Assembly: GCA_963793265.1 (NCBI GenBank)
Contig: CAWBZI010000003.1
Location: forward strand, 64,069-128,068
Length of the DNA: 64,000 bases
Origin: an uncultured cyanobacterium
GTDB lineage: Bacteria; Cyanobacteriota; Cyanobacteriia; Phormidesmidales; Phormidesmidaceae
Direction of reading: 5' to 3'
Part shown: in pieces, positions 1-10,193 of the stretch
Position numbering within the stretch: the stretch's first letter is position 1
Layout of the letters: the number at the start of each line of letters is the position of its first letter
Notes under the pieces: model-generated
Databases searched by the model: none
Told to the model about the DNA's origin: nothing
Seen by the model: only the letters and a program-made list of their open reading frames with translations
Program-made: the position numbers and the translations under genes

Positions 1-425
1 GACTTTTCAACGTCCCGATTGGTCGCTACAAAAACCCCAAAATCTGCGCCCCCGAACTGCTGCGCCCGGCCTCGGCGGCCCTTCAGCTAGCCGACATCTC
101 GCAGCGCCCTTTCTCAGCAGTCATAGAGAGCGCCCAAAGCAACGACTTTGTTTACTTCGATCCGCCCTATCAGCCGCTTAGCGCTACTAGCAAGTTCACC
201 GCCTACAGCCGCTACCGCTTCGGTGAAGCCGAGCAAATAGAACTCAAAAACCTGATTGCTCAGCTCGCAGCAAAGAAAGTGCAGGTACTTACCTCTAACT
301 CCGACTGCCCTTTCATTCGCGAGCTATACAGCGACTTTCAAATCAAAATCATTACGGCTGCTCGCTCCATTAATTCTAAGGGCAGCAAGCGCGGCAAGAT
401 TACGGAAGTATTAGCGATCGCCTAA
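1..425 (+). CDS. dam: DNA adenine methyltransferase, Dam/D12 family (3' part, truncated by window edge)
   Basis: Frame from nt 3 reads LFNVPIGRYKNPKI...DFVYFDPPYQP...SNSDCPFIRELY...RSINSKGSKRGKITEVLAIA*; DPPY catalytic motif; stop TAA 423-425. Confidence 0.9.
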   Translation, partial: LFNVPIGRYKNPKICAPELLRPASAALQLADISQRPFSAVIESAQSNDFVYFDPPYQPLSATSKFTAYSRYRFGEAEQIELKNLIAQLAAKKVQVLTSNSDCPFIRELYSDFQIKIITAARSINSKGSKRGKITEVLAIA

Positions 426-468
426 GCAACCCGCTGAGGATTGAACTATTAGCAAAAAAGACCAAAAA

Positions 469-508
469 GAAAGGAAGCGATCGCTTTCATTGCAATCCAC
501 TTCCTTTC
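469..508 (-). terminator. Hairpin between convergent genes, T-tail on minus strand
   Basis: GAAAGGAAG...CTTCCTTTC inverted repeat preceded by an A-run on the + strand. Confidence 0.55.
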
Positions 509-559
509 CTAACTTAGCTTTCTAAGCCTTATTAATTACGAACTTACGTTCAACACAAC

Positions 560-1048
560 CTACTGATCGTAGCTACCACCGACGCTAATAGGCGTATTCA
601 AAACATCCGCGCCTACGAGATCCACATCATTAACATCCGCACCATCAAGACTGGTATAAATCAGTGTCGAATCTGATAGGTCAACGTTGCTAATTAGCGT
701 GTCGTCTAAAAGCGCATTGGTTAAAAAAGCACCGCTCAAATCAGTATCTACTAACGTTGCACCCGTTAAATCCGCGCCCTCTAAGTTGGCATAGGATAGA
801 GTCGCACCTGTCAGGTCTGCATCTCTTAAGTCAACGCCAATTAGGTGTGCGCCTGTTAAGTTTGCGTTCGATAAATCACATGACTGGCACATGCCTGTCT
901 CTAGTAGCTGAGCAACGTCTTGATCGTTAGCGGCCTGTGCTGGTGCGGCGATTACTGTAGTCGCTAAACCTACAGATGCGATCGCCGACAAAGCAGCCAT
1001 CCCAGAGAGTTCAGGTAAACAGTTAAATAATCTAGTTGATAGTTTCAT
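560..1048 (-). CDS. Pentapeptide repeat protein with signal-like N-terminus
   Basis: CQSCDLSNANLTGAHLIGVDLRDADLTGA repeats; ATG at 1048 preferred over TTG at 1060, which abuts the GGAGG. Confidence 0.9.
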   Translation of the reverse strand: MKLSTRLFNCLPELSGMAALSAIASVGLATTVIAAPAQAANDQDVAQLLETGMCQSCDLSNANLTGAHLIGVDLRDADLTGATLSYANLEGADLTGATLVDTDLSGAFLTNALLDDTLISNVDLSDSTLIYTSLDGADVNDVDLVGADVLNTPISVGGSYDQ

Positions 1049-1386
1049 GAACTTTTTCAACCTCCTCTATATCTTGGTACTTCCAGCTCGCTCTTTGGCA
1101 AACCCTTTTACCACTAAGCAAAGATTGAAAGTTCGTTTTTGAAGCGCTTTTCTTAAAGACAATTTACTTCAAATTCGTGTCTATATACTAACAGTTTCAC
1201 TAATCGCAAACATCTGACCACAGGTAGGGTTTCCCGTCATCAATAACAGCAAAAGGAACTAATAAATACTTGTATTAATTCAAACATTGTTATTGGCACT
1301 GGTACTATGCATGTTTCAAAGCAAGAGATCGGTGTAAGCTATGGGCAATTCTTTGGTACCCTCTTAAGCCCTGGCTCGCCGTAGAT

Positions 1387-2322
1387 ATGGATGCGCTTCT
1401 CCTGACTGTTTATTTTTTAGTCGTCTTTTACGTGCTGTATAAGATGTCGCTGTCACTTGAAGACGATTTGGAAGACAAAGTTGATATTTTCGTTGATGAG
1501 AATGTATTAAAAGAGCAAACGCAGTCTCAGATCTCTCAGCAGCGAAATACGCGAAATATCGAGGCGCGCGTCAGGCATATCGGCTTCGGTAAGAAAAAGA
1601 AAATCAATCGCCCGGTGCTGGTTTTGGTATTCGACGCGAAAGACGATAAGCCTATTAGCCCAGTTGAAAAGGCAGTGCAGGAGAAGCTGAAGCTCAGCGA
1701 CGAGATGATGCAGGAGTATCTTCACCCCAAAATTATGATCCGCATTGCGCCGACTAACGAGCAGCCGCTTAAGCCAATCACGTTTTCGTCGGTTTCAATT
1801 AATAACGATACGGGCGACATGCAGGTGTATGTCAACTGGGATCGCAGCTCTATAGAAATGATGGGGCAGGGCAATCGAATTATTCGCAGTACGCCGAATG
1901 TGCCAGTGGAGCTGTCGCGATCGCAGGTCAATACCGTCGTAAATCCAGCGATGATGGTCACCTCCAACGTCACGATGGAGCGCAAGTTCAACCGTAATCC
2001 TGAGACGAACCTGATTGCGCAAGTGCCTCAGCCATTGATTGACCTTAAAGAAACAGTAGAGCTTTCTAAACTCACCGATCCCACTATTGACGAAGACAAC
2101 GTTAAGCACCTCTACACGCTCGATCTAATGATTGGGATCAAGCATCGCTCTGCGCCTGATAGCGAAATGATGAGCATTCTGGTGCCCTTCATCTTTAATA
2201 TGAAGATCAAGGTAGATAAGCCTGCTTTTCCGCCTTTGCGATGGTGGCTGCGGCAGGTGGGGCGGCGCAATCCGTCTCAGGGCAATTGGTTTTGGGGAAG
2301 CAGACCCAGAGAGAATCGGTAG
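1387..2322 (+). CDS. Hypothetical protein with N-terminal membrane anchor
   Basis: 311-aa ORF with a hydrophobic N-terminal helix. Confidence 0.75.
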   Translation: MDALLLTVYFLVVFYVLYKMSLSLEDDLEDKVDIFVDENVLKEQTQSQISQQRNTRNIEARVRHIGFGKKKKINRPVLVLVFDAKDDKPISPVEKAVQEKLKLSDEMMQEYLHPKIMIRIAPTNEQPLKPITFSSVSINNDTGDMQVYVNWDRSSIEMMGQGNRIIRSTPNVPVELSRSQVNTVVNPAMMVTSNVTMERKFNRNPETNLIAQVPQPLIDLKETVELSKLTDPTIDEDNVKHLYTLDLMIGIKHRSAPDSEMMSILVPFIFNMKIKVDKPAFPPLRWWLRQVGRRNPSQGNWFWGSRPRENR

Positions 2323-2382
2323 GGAAAATTTGACAGCAAAAAACTGACAGGCTCGCTCACTAGAGGCTATACACTATGAGCA

Positions 2383-2794
2383 TAGAGCTGGCTCAGTGGT
2401 TGCGGGCAAATAGCATGGGCTGCAAGGTCTGTTTGTTTGCCTGAGGAAAGTCCGGGCTCCCCAAAAGCCAAACTTGCTGGGTAACGCCCAGTGCGGGCGA
2501 CCGTGAGGAGAGTGCCACAGAAACATACCGCCGATGGTCGTAGGGCGGGTTCCCAAACCCGCCGCCACGTCACAGGTAAGGGTGCAAGGGTGCGGTAAGA
2601 GCGCACCGACAGCATCGAGAGGTGCTGTGCCAGGTAAACCCCGGTTGGGTGCAAGGCCATAGGAGCACACGGTTGGCTTTTTACCGGCTCCGACAAAGCG
2701 CGCCGCTTGAGGCGTTTGGTAACAAACGTCCCAGATAGATAACCACCCTACAAAGCAATTTGTAGGAACAGAACCCGGCTTAGGTCCAGCTCTA
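2383..2794 (+). ncRNA. rnpB: RNase P RNA (class A)
   Basis: GAGGAAAGTCCGGGC, AGTGCCACAGAAA, GGTAAACCCC and AACAGAACCCGGCTTA motifs; P1 helix TAGAGCTGG/CCAGCTCTA. Confidence 0.97.
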
Positions 2795-2829
2795 CCTCTA
2801 TTTTTACCTGCTTTTTTTGTTTGCTTTTA

Positions 2830-3543
2830 ATGACGGCTGATACTTACACCTACCTCAATCCGCTCATTACACAGCTCGGCATTCCAGCCAACAAGATTAG
2901 GCTGGATTTACTGCATCTGTCGCTGATTGATATTTCTAGCTCAGCGAGTGAGAATAATGAAAAGCTAGAGTTTTTAGGCGATGCGGCGCTAAGGCTGGCA
3001 GCGGCTGAGTTTTTGATGGAGCGCTACCCGGATATGGCGCTCGGTGAAATGTCGGCAGTCAGATCGCAAATTGTGAGCGATCGCATCCTTTCTACCATCG
3101 CCAACCACTACCACCTCAAACGCTACCTTCAGCTTTCTAAAAGCGCCCAGGGCGACAAAGCCGGTACCGCCTCACGCCTGGCCGATGCCCTGGAAGCTAT
3201 TCTAGGTGCGCTGTACATGAGCGCAGGCAATATCAGTCTAATTCGCCCCTGGCTAGATCCTCACTTTGAGCGGCTAACCAATGAGCTGAGCGGCGATCCG
3301 GCTAAGCAAAACTATAAGGCGGCAGCGCAAGAGCTAACGCAGGCGTATTTCAAATCTTTGCCCACTTACGAAGTCATTGAGATTAGTCAGGTGCACGGCG
3401 ACGAAGAACGCTTTCAGGCGCAGATGTGGTTTCAGGGCAAGCTGTGGGGTGAGGGCAAGGGTCGTTCGATCAAGATGGCTGAGCAGGCAGCGGCGAAGAT
3501 TGGCTTTGCGGCGCTGCGGCGAATGGTTGCCCAGACTCAATAA
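2830..3543 (+). CDS. rnc: Ribonuclease III
   Basis: NEKLEFLGDA signature, LADALEAILGA, C-terminal dsRBD ending GRSIKMAEQAAA. Confidence 0.95.
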   Translation: MTADTYTYLNPLITQLGIPANKIRLDLLHLSLIDISSSASENNEKLEFLGDAALRLAAAEFLMERYPDMALGEMSAVRSQIVSDRILSTIANHYHLKRYLQLSKSAQGDKAGTASRLADALEAILGALYMSAGNISLIRPWLDPHFERLTNELSGDPAKQNYKAAAQELTQAYFKSLPTYEVIEISQVHGDEERFQAQMWFQGKLWGEGKGRSIKMAEQAAAKIGFAALRRMVAQTQ

Positions 3544-3566
3544 AGTATCTGTGGAAAAGCTAGCTT

Positions 3567-4616
3567 ATGTCATCTTCTTCCAATCCTGCGCAGCCAAAAC
3601 CGATTGATATCGCCTTGTTTGGCGTCGGTCGCTGGGGCACTCATTTATTACGTAATTTTTTGGCGCACCCGCAGGTAAGGGTGAGGGCGGTCGTGGAGGC
3701 TTCGGCGGAGAGACTAGCGGCAATTGCACCTGACTTAGATCCGTCTATTGAGCTGATGAGTGATTGGCGAGCGGCGATGGCGATGGAGGGGTTGGAAGGG
3801 TGTGCGATCGCAACCCCAGCCGCCACCCACTACGACCTGATTAAAACCGCGCTTCACAAAGACCTCCATGTCCTTGCTGAAAAGCCGCTCACCCTAGACG
3901 TTGCCAGCTCAAAGGCCCTGTGCGACTTAGCCAAACAAAAGCAGCGCCAGCTCGTCATCGACCACACCTACCTCTTCCACAGCGCCGTCACCACTGGCAA
4001 AACCGCCGTCAAAGACATTGGCACCCCTCGCTACGGCTACGCCACCCGCACCCACATCGGCCCCGTCCGCCGCGATGTCGATGCCCTATGGGACTTAGCC
4101 ATTCACGACATTTCTATCTTTAACCACTGGCTAGGTGAAAGCCCCGTGCAGGTGCAGGCGCAGGGCAGCAGTTGGCTTCAGCCCGATATTAAAACGCCGC
4201 TTTCGCCCAACGGGTTAGCAGACGTGGTGTGGTGTCGGTTGCAGTATCCCAGCGGATTTCAGGCGACGATTCATTTGTGCTGGGCAAATCCTGATAAGCA
4301 GCGGCGGCTTTGCGTGGTGGGCGATCGCGCCACCCTCATTTTCGACGAAATGAACCCGTCTAATCCACTCACTCAACAGCAGGGAGACTTCGCTGAAGAC
4401 GACGGCTGGTTTACACCCCAAAACATAGCCACAAACGCTATTTTAATTCCCCCATCTGAGCCACTAAAGAACGTATGCGATCATTTTGTGGGATGCGTTC
4501 AACAAAATGCGCCATCAGTCATTTCATCAGGAGAAACAGGCACAAACCTAGTCGCGGTACTGGTTGCACTATCGAGTTCTATGAAGCAAAAAGGCGCTTG
4601 GACACCTGTGCAATAG
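3567..4616 (+). CDS. Gfo/Idh/MocA family oxidoreductase
   Basis: GVGRWG, ATPAATHY, LAEKPL, DLAIHD. Confidence 0.9.
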   Translation: MSSSSNPAQPKPIDIALFGVGRWGTHLLRNFLAHPQVRVRAVVEASAERLAAIAPDLDPSIELMSDWRAAMAMEGLEGCAIATPAATHYDLIKTALHKDLHVLAEKPLTLDVASSKALCDLAKQKQRQLVIDHTYLFHSAVTTGKTAVKDIGTPRYGYATRTHIGPVRRDVDALWDLAIHDISIFNHWLGESPVQVQAQGSSWLQPDIKTPLSPNGLADVVWCRLQYPSGFQATIHLCWANPDKQRRLCVVGDRATLIFDEMNPSNPLTQQQGDFAEDDGWFTPQNIATNAILIPPSEPLKNVCDHFVGCVQQNAPSVISSGETGTNLVAVLVALSSSMKQKGAWTPVQ

Positions 4617-4751
4617 CCACAGCCTCTTTCCTAACGCTATAGTCAACGCAACCTAGTCCTAATGAATGCGCGTAATATTTCTTTAGACAGACGCTAGCAA
4701 TAGCGACTTTTATTAACTTATATATATCAACCTTTTCTAGTAGGAAAAAAC

Positions 4752-4982
4752 ATGACAAGCCCAAAAACACCTGTAACCACACCAAACCTAGAGCAGCCCT
4801 ATGTAGAGCCTGCAACTAGCTGGAAAGCTGGCTTCGTACCCAGTGCAGAAATCTGGAACGGTCGCCTAGCTATGTTTGGCTTCTTGGCTGCTGCTCTTAC
4901 CGAAGTCTTCACGGGCCAAGGCTTCCTCCACTTCTGGGGCCTAGTGAACAACGTAGCCGCATCTACAACTACACTTCCATAA
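4752..4982 (+). CDS. hli: High-light-inducible protein (CAB/ELIP/HLIP)
   Basis: AEIWNGRLAMFGF chlorophyll-binding motif, 76 aa. Confidence 0.95.
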   Translation: MTSPKTPVTTPNLEQPYVEPATSWKAGFVPSAEIWNGRLAMFGFLAAALTEVFTGQGFLHFWGLVNNVAASTTTLP

Positions 4983-5013
4983 GTTTCTAGATACGGTTCG
5001 TTAAGAACTTATT

Positions 5014-5050
5014 GCGGCGCTAACTTTACTGTTAGCGCCGCTTTGTTTTG
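5014..5050 (+). terminator. Intrinsic terminator after hli
   Basis: GCGGCGCTAAC-TTTACT-GTTAGCGCCGC followed by TTTGTTTTG. Confidence 0.85.
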
Positions 5051-5151
5051 TTCATTATTAAAAATGCCCTATACGCCCCACCCAATTGCGAGTAACTTTA
5101 TCCAATCAGGAATGACTCCGCCCATGCACACTAACGGCTTCGAGAAGTAAT

Positions 5152-5571
5152 TTATGGCAACAGCTCAAACATCTCGGAGCTAGTAACTAAGTCCGTGTAT
5201 CCCTTTGCTCTTAGACCGTCGCTTAGTTTTTTATCATTCGTCCACAAAGACACACCCAAATCTATACTCAATGCAACAAACGGAATATCTGCCGGATCGA
5301 TATCTCCACATAGACTATGTGCCCGCATGAAGCTTCCAGATTCAATTGCTATGTTTGGAATGACGGTGATATACGTGAACAGCTTTTGAGTGAAAAGTTT
5401 TAGGTACTCATCCAGACTAGCCCGCTGTTTTATCCGCGCCTCATATCTAGCAATCTCTATAAAAATAAAATCAGGTACATATACATCAGACATCTCAAAG
5501 ATTTCTAGATAGATAGCTTTGCCACTGATTAAAGCAGAGAACAAAACATTTGCATCGGCAACTACTTTCAC
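5152..5571 (-). CDS. PIN-domain (VapC-like) toxin
   Basis: VVADANVLFSAL, DPADIPFVAL, LWTNDKKL acidic PIN motifs. Confidence 0.88.
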   Translation of the reverse strand: MKVVADANVLFSALISGKAIYLEIFEMSDVYVPDFIFIEIARYEARIKQRASLDEYLKLFTQKLFTYITVIPNIAIESGSFMRAHSLCGDIDPADIPFVALSIDLGVSLWTNDKKLSDGLRAKGYTDLVTSSEMFELLP

Positions 5572-5574
5572 AGG

Positions 5575-5799
5575 CTACAGTCCAATTTCTTTTCGATAGA
5601 TCTCCCAAGCTTCCTTTCGAGCCAAATCTACTTCTCTCCAGTAATCCTCCTCACTCCAATCCTCTCTAATAGCATCAGAAAGTTGAGTAAATGCAATTCG
5701 CAACTGCATTCGATTTATGCTGGCTTGCACCTCTTTCTCCACAGCTTTTTTACCAAGCTTGAGCAAGTCTTGCTCAGAAACTTCAATTTCTAGTTTCAT
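5575..5799 (-). CDS. Putative antitoxin
   Basis: 74-aa charged ORF ending 3 bp before the PIN gene start. Confidence 0.7.
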   Translation of the reverse strand: MKLEIEVSEQDLLKLGKKAVEKEVQASINRMQLRIAFTQLSDAIREDWSEEDYWREVDLARKEAWEIYRKEIGL

Positions 5800-5853
5800 C
5801 TTTGTTAATTACCTCAGAAAGTAGAGTATCGATTGATGGAGACATCTATAGAG

Positions 5854-6936
5854 CTAATATTTAACTCGCCAGATACAAGCTGCTCTTTCAGCCATTACCT
5901 TTTGCCGATTTTCAATAGAAAGCTCATTCCAATCGTCAGATTCAATCTCTCTCGTGATTTTATAGCTGCTCTCTCTATACTGCTCTCTTTTCACCTCGTA
6001 TGGCTCCGTATCAATGGATACGTTCTTAGACTTCTCTAGAGGGGTCATGTTGCCAAGGCGATAAACCGCGTCGTCTATTGTATCTTCATTGAATTCCTTA
6101 CGCCAAACTGAAGTTGGATGCTGAGGGAGAATGTGATCTATTGTGCATCTATTGTCATCAGCAGGTCTTCCTAAAGCGTCTCTCTCTAACTCGCTTAAGA
6201 TATATTTCACTAGCTTCTTCTTTTTGTTCTGTTTTGTAGATATAGATATCACTGAAAAGTCTTGCTTGAACTTATCATCAACGTAGGCATTAACCTGATC
6301 CTCTACACTAATCTGAATAAATAAGAGTCTTTGAGCGACAGTATTAGTAAGAAATTCCGATAGCGATGCGCCATCTTTTACAACTTTTGGTAAAGAGTCT
6401 AATTTTTTAGAAAAATAGCTAAAAGCTGCCCATAGCAACTGCTCGGATTTCTTAAGACTCCGCGTCGAGTTAGGAACGCGAGCCCTGACTAAATAGCTTT
6501 GGTAGAAATCGCCGTCGTTGGCATTCAATACAAGCTTACTTGAATAATGAAGCGAAACGGAATCTGTATCACCTATATATGTTCTCTTTAAGATTTCTAT
6601 CCGCTGATTATTTTTCTCAGGGTCTATCTCTGCCTCTACAAGCTTACTAATTTTGTCTATAACAGCGAGTGCTAAGATGCTTAGAGTCGCAAATCTTTGT
6701 TGTCCATCAATGATAGTGATATTGTCGCTATCTTTAGATACTTGTAAAACAATCGCACCCATGTAATGGATACTTTTTTTATCGTGCGTTTTAACGATGT
6801 CATCCCAAAGATCTTGCCAGTTATCTAAGTCCCAAGAATAATCGCGTTGATAAGCTGGAACCCTATATATCTTACGGTTGCCAAGAAGGTCACTAAAATT
6901 AGCGGTGTGCGTTTCTAATAAGGTATTTGTGGCCAT
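5854..6936 (-). CDS. DUF262 + DUF1524 (GmrSD-like) nuclease, apparently with an internal in-frame deletion
   Basis: VPAYQRDYSW and IIDGQQR (DUF262); TIDHILPQ and RLGNMTPL..SKN (DUF1524 HNH); the FETLNxRG motif is missing. Confidence 0.8.
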   Translation of the reverse strand: MATNTLLETHTANFSDLLGNRKIYRVPAYQRDYSWDLDNWQDLWDDIVKTHDKKSIHYMGAIVLQVSKDSDNITIIDGQQRFATLSILALAVIDKISKLVEAEIDPEKNNQRIEILKRTYIGDTDSVSLHYSSKLVLNANDGDFYQSYLVRARVPNSTRSLKKSEQLLWAAFSYFSKKLDSLPKVVKDGASLSEFLTNTVAQRLLFIQISVEDQVNAYVDDKFKQDFSVISISTKQNKKKKLVKYILSELERDALGRPADDNRCTIDHILPQHPTSVWRKEFNEDTIDDAVYRLGNMTPLEKSKNVSIDTEPYEVKREQYRESSYKITREIESDDWNELSIENRQKVMAERAACIWRVKY

Positions 6937-6963
6937 AACGAAACAGTGGGTTGTAAAAATAAA

Positions 6964-7929
6964 CTACTTCATCAGGGGGGCAGACACATTATCCAACTGT
7001 TCATATTCCGTCTGCGTCATCTCCCAACCCAACGCGCCTGCATTCTGCTCAGCCTGCTTAGCATTTTTCGCTCCCGGAATCGGCACCACGCCTTTACTAA
7101 TCAGCCAGTTCAAAGCCACCTGCACCGTCGTTTTACCGTGAGCTGCACCGATAGACTCCATCGCTGCCAAGACTGGCTCAATTGATTGCAAGCCTTTCTT
7201 ACTAAACTTTGGATCGATGCGGCGAGCCCCTGTAGGCCGCAGGTCGCTACCAACCGTGTACTTTCCAGTTAGCAAACCTTGGGCTAGTGGGCTGTAGGCC
7301 AAGATTGTGACCTCCAGGTTGCGAGCGGCTTCTAAGACGCCGTTGGTTTCGATGTTGCGATGGAGGAGGGAGTATTGCACCTGATTGACGGCTAAGGGAA
7401 TGCCGCGCTCGGCTAGAAGGGTGTGGGCTTCGCGCATTTGTTTGGCGGAGTAGTTGCTGACGCCGATGGTTTGGATGCGGCCCTGGTCTACTTCGTCAGC
7501 GAGGGCGTTCATGAGCGTTTTTTGGCCCATGAAGAAGTCGAAGGGCATGTGGACTTGATAGAGGGCGACGGAGGGAACTTTGAGGCGTTTGAGGCTGGCG
7601 GTGAGAGCGTCGGCGACGGATTGGGCGGAGAAGCGCCAGGGGGCGGGCATGTATTTTGTGGCGACGGCGATGGGGGTGCCGCTGGCTTTGGCAAACTCAC
7701 CGAGGAGATCTTCTGATTTGCCGAGGCCGTAGATTTCAGCGGTGTCGAAAAAGGTGACGTCAGAGGCGATCGCAGCTTCAAAAGCAGCCCGAATATCATC
7801 GGCCCCATAGGCGCCACCATATTGCCAAAAAATCGAGTCGCCCCAGGCCCAGGTACCAATGCCGAGCGCAGGAACTTCTGGGCCTTTGGGGCCGAGGGTG
7901 ACGGTTTGGAGACTAGGAGAACTGACCAT
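6964..7929 (-). CDS. Aldo/keto reductase
   Basis: LGIGTWAWG, FFDTAEIYG, IGVSNY, AYSPLAQGLLTGKY, PIPGAK. Confidence 0.93.
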   Translation of the reverse strand: MVSSPSLQTVTLGPKGPEVPALGIGTWAWGDSIFWQYGGAYGADDIRAAFEAAIASDVTFFDTAEIYGLGKSEDLLGEFAKASGTPIAVATKYMPAPWRFSAQSVADALTASLKRLKVPSVALYQVHMPFDFFMGQKTLMNALADEVDQGRIQTIGVSNYSAKQMREAHTLLAERGIPLAVNQVQYSLLHRNIETNGVLEAARNLEVTILAYSPLAQGLLTGKYTVGSDLRPTGARRIDPKFSKKGLQSIEPVLAAMESIGAAHGKTTVQVALNWLISKGVVPIPGAKNAKQAEQNAGALGWEMTQTEYEQLDNVSAPLMK

Positions 7930-8019
7930 GAGAATAGAGGAGGTAGTTGAGAGAGTTAGTCTATATAAGGTAGCGGTTTGATAAGGATTAAGTCATCTTG
8001 CCTTTGGCTGTTCACACCG

Positions 8020-9321
8020 TCAGTGGTTTTGCTCGGCGATGAGAAAGTCTATAAACTGACGGGCGGTGCGGCCTGATCTGCCATTGTGTCGGGTGGCCCA
8101 CTGCCGGGCGCGCCATTCTAGATGTTCGGTGGTGATAGAGAGATTGGCCTGAGCGGCGAGTTCGCGAACGATGGTGAGATACGTGGGCTGATCGGCAGGG
8201 GTGAAGGTGAGGGTAAGGCCGAATCTGTCGCTGAATGAAAGCTTTTCTTGCACGGTGTCCCAAGCCTGAATTTCTTCGGCGTCTTTGGGGCGGGGCCGTT
8301 CGTCAAAGAATTCGCGGATGAGGTGGCGGCGGTTTGAGGTTGCGTATACAACTACATTTTGAGGGCGGGCCGTAACGCCGCCTTCAAGCACGACTTTTAA
8401 TGCCTTAAAGGCTTCGTCGTCTTCCTCAAAAGACAAATCATCTACGAAGATAATGAACTTTTGCGGCAGTTGGCTCAGCGGCCCGATAATGTCAGGCAGG
8501 TTGTAAAGATCGGCTTTAGGCACTTCTATTAGGCGGAGGCCGTGATCGCTATACTCATTCAAAAGCGCCTTTACCAGCGAAGACTTACCCGCACCCCGAC
8601 TGCCATACAGCAGCACGTTTTGAGCGGTGTAGCCCCGTAGCAGCGACTCGGTATTTTGAATGATCTGCTGCTTGGGATGCTCGTAGGCGGCAAGCTGCTT
8701 AAGTCGAATGGAATCGGGCGTAGAAATGCCGACCAGCCGGTCGTTCTGCCAGCGGAGGGCAGTGAACTGGCCTAATATGCCGACACCGTGCGCTTTGTAG
8801 TAGTGGGCAAGCTCTGTGTGCGCAGCCGTCCAGTCACTTTGATAGGGAAAGGTGACTGGCAGCTTAGGCTCGCTTCGCGGCTGCATGACTGGGGGCGAAA
8901 CGCAGTCGGTGGCCTGCTGTACCCACTGGCTGAGCTGCTCGGCAGGTAGGTGGTATAGCTCGTATAGAATGTCGAGATCGTGCTGTGCGGCGAGGAGGAG
9001 TCCCGGTGAGATTTGATTTGAGATCGCGCCGTCTTCAATATCTTCAGGTAGTCTTTGGCTCTGCTGAGCAAAGGCGTTATCAGCCTCAAGCACGCGCGTA
9101 ATCAAATGATTCGGCCAGCTTTGCTGAGCATCAGCTAGCGCTGAAAACCATTGACCGTAGGCAAGATGGCAGGCGACGGTATCTGAACCGATGAGCGTAG
9201 TTAAAAGCGCTGTGAAGGCAGTGCCTATGGTATCAGTGAGCACAGACTGATAGAGCAGCAGGGAAGCGGTTCGGTGCTGATAGTGTTTGATTTTAGCGAT
9301 CGCCTCTCCAGCCAATCCCAT
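8020..9321 (-). CDS. AAA+ ATP-binding protein (DUF815 family)
   Basis: GSRGAGKSS Walker A, IIFVDDLSF, YATSNRRHL, SFSDRFGL, RSGRTARQF. Confidence 0.9.
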   Translation of the reverse strand: MGLAGEAIAKIKHYQHRTASLLLYQSVLTDTIGTAFTALLTTLIGSDTVACHLAYGQWFSALADAQQSWPNHLITRVLEADNAFAQQSQRLPEDIEDGAISNQISPGLLLAAQHDLDILYELYHLPAEQLSQWVQQATDCVSPPVMQPRSEPKLPVTFPYQSDWTAAHTELAHYYKAHGVGILGQFTALRWQNDRLVGISTPDSIRLKQLAAYEHPKQQIIQNTESLLRGYTAQNVLLYGSRGAGKSSLVKALLNEYSDHGLRLIEVPKADLYNLPDIIGPLSQLPQKFIIFVDDLSFEEDDEAFKALKVVLEGGVTARPQNVVVYATSNRRHLIREFFDERPRPKDAEEIQAWDTVQEKLSFSDRFGLTLTFTPADQPTYLTIVRELAAQANLSITTEHLEWRARQWATRHNGRSGRTARQFIDFLIAEQNH

Positions 9322-9498
9322 AGCTCTGTCCTTAGATGCTTGATACTTCCTCCATCCTATACGTGCCTCAGCACATCAAAAAAATGCTTAACGGCAGAGA
9401 TGAAGGTTAAGACATCTTGCCATGGGCAATAACAGGGCGATGCGGTGCCCTAACATCTTTTTTATACAAAAATTGCGCTCACGAAGCTGGATACAACC

Positions 9499-9825
9499 AT
9501 GACGACTCTTCCTCTAGCGGCCATCACCACGCTAATTTACGGCATTCTATCTATCGTTGGTGGAATCATTGGCTACAGGCAAGCGGGCTCGCAGGTGTCG
9601 CTTATTTCAGGAATCATTAGCGGATTGCTGTTGTTAGTAGGCGCATATCTGCTGTTTGGTGGGGCGTCGGGCGGGCCTACGATATCGGGCTTAGTGAGCT
9701 TGCTGCTGGTGATTGTATTTGTGGTGCGACTGGTGAAAACTTCAAAATTTATGCCCGCTGGGCTGATGATTATTGCTGGCGTTATCAACCTTCTGACGCT
9801 GTGGTTCACCCTACCGCTGCACTAG
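9499..9825 (+). CDS. TMEM14 family membrane protein
   Basis: YGILSIVGGIIGY..GS..SLISG and KFMPAGL motifs. Confidence 0.88.
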   Translation: MTTLPLAAITTLIYGILSIVGGIIGYRQAGSQVSLISGIISGLLLLVGAYLLFGGASGGPTISGLVSLLLVIVFVVRLVKTSKFMPAGLMIIAGVINLLTLWFTLPLH

Positions 9826-9836
9826 ATTTGTTATCC

Positions 9837-9883
9837 GAGGTTTGTTTGAGGCTTGTTTGTTTGAGGCTTGTTTGTTTAAGGCT
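9837..9883. repeat. Intergenic 15-bp tandem repeat (GAGGCTTGTTTGTTT x2 plus partial copies)
   Basis: Exact units at 9848-9862 and 9863-9877. Confidence 0.85.
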
Positions 9884-10193
9884 CTGGTGAAGCAAGTAGA
9901 TGGCGTAGGCAGCTTTTTTGAAAGAAATTATGGCTGCTTTACGTAATTTTCAGGCGTCAGGTTGATGATCCTACAGGAACCTACTTTACGAGCAAAAATT
10001 CGTACACATAACCGCTTCTTCCTACGGATGACTCCTTCTCAGTAGGATTGTTAGCGTATGGAATAGGGGCTCAGCAGTTACGCTGAAGCTTCACAATACC
10101 GGGTGCTAAATTATACATTTAATAGACATATTTACTTAGACTATTTTAATTAGCCTCTAATCAGCCTAAACTTTCATCGGAGCTAAACCTGAA

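Noticed and set aside
1272..1285. NtcA-like GTA-N8-AAC
   Set aside because: Imperfect match in AT-rich DNA with no supporting context
2367..2696. Minus-strand ORFs of 98 and 109 aa
   Set aside because: Antisense shadows of rnpB
4700..4735. HLR1 (RpaB) site upstream of hli
   Set aside because: AT-rich, but a poor match to the TTACAA direct repeat
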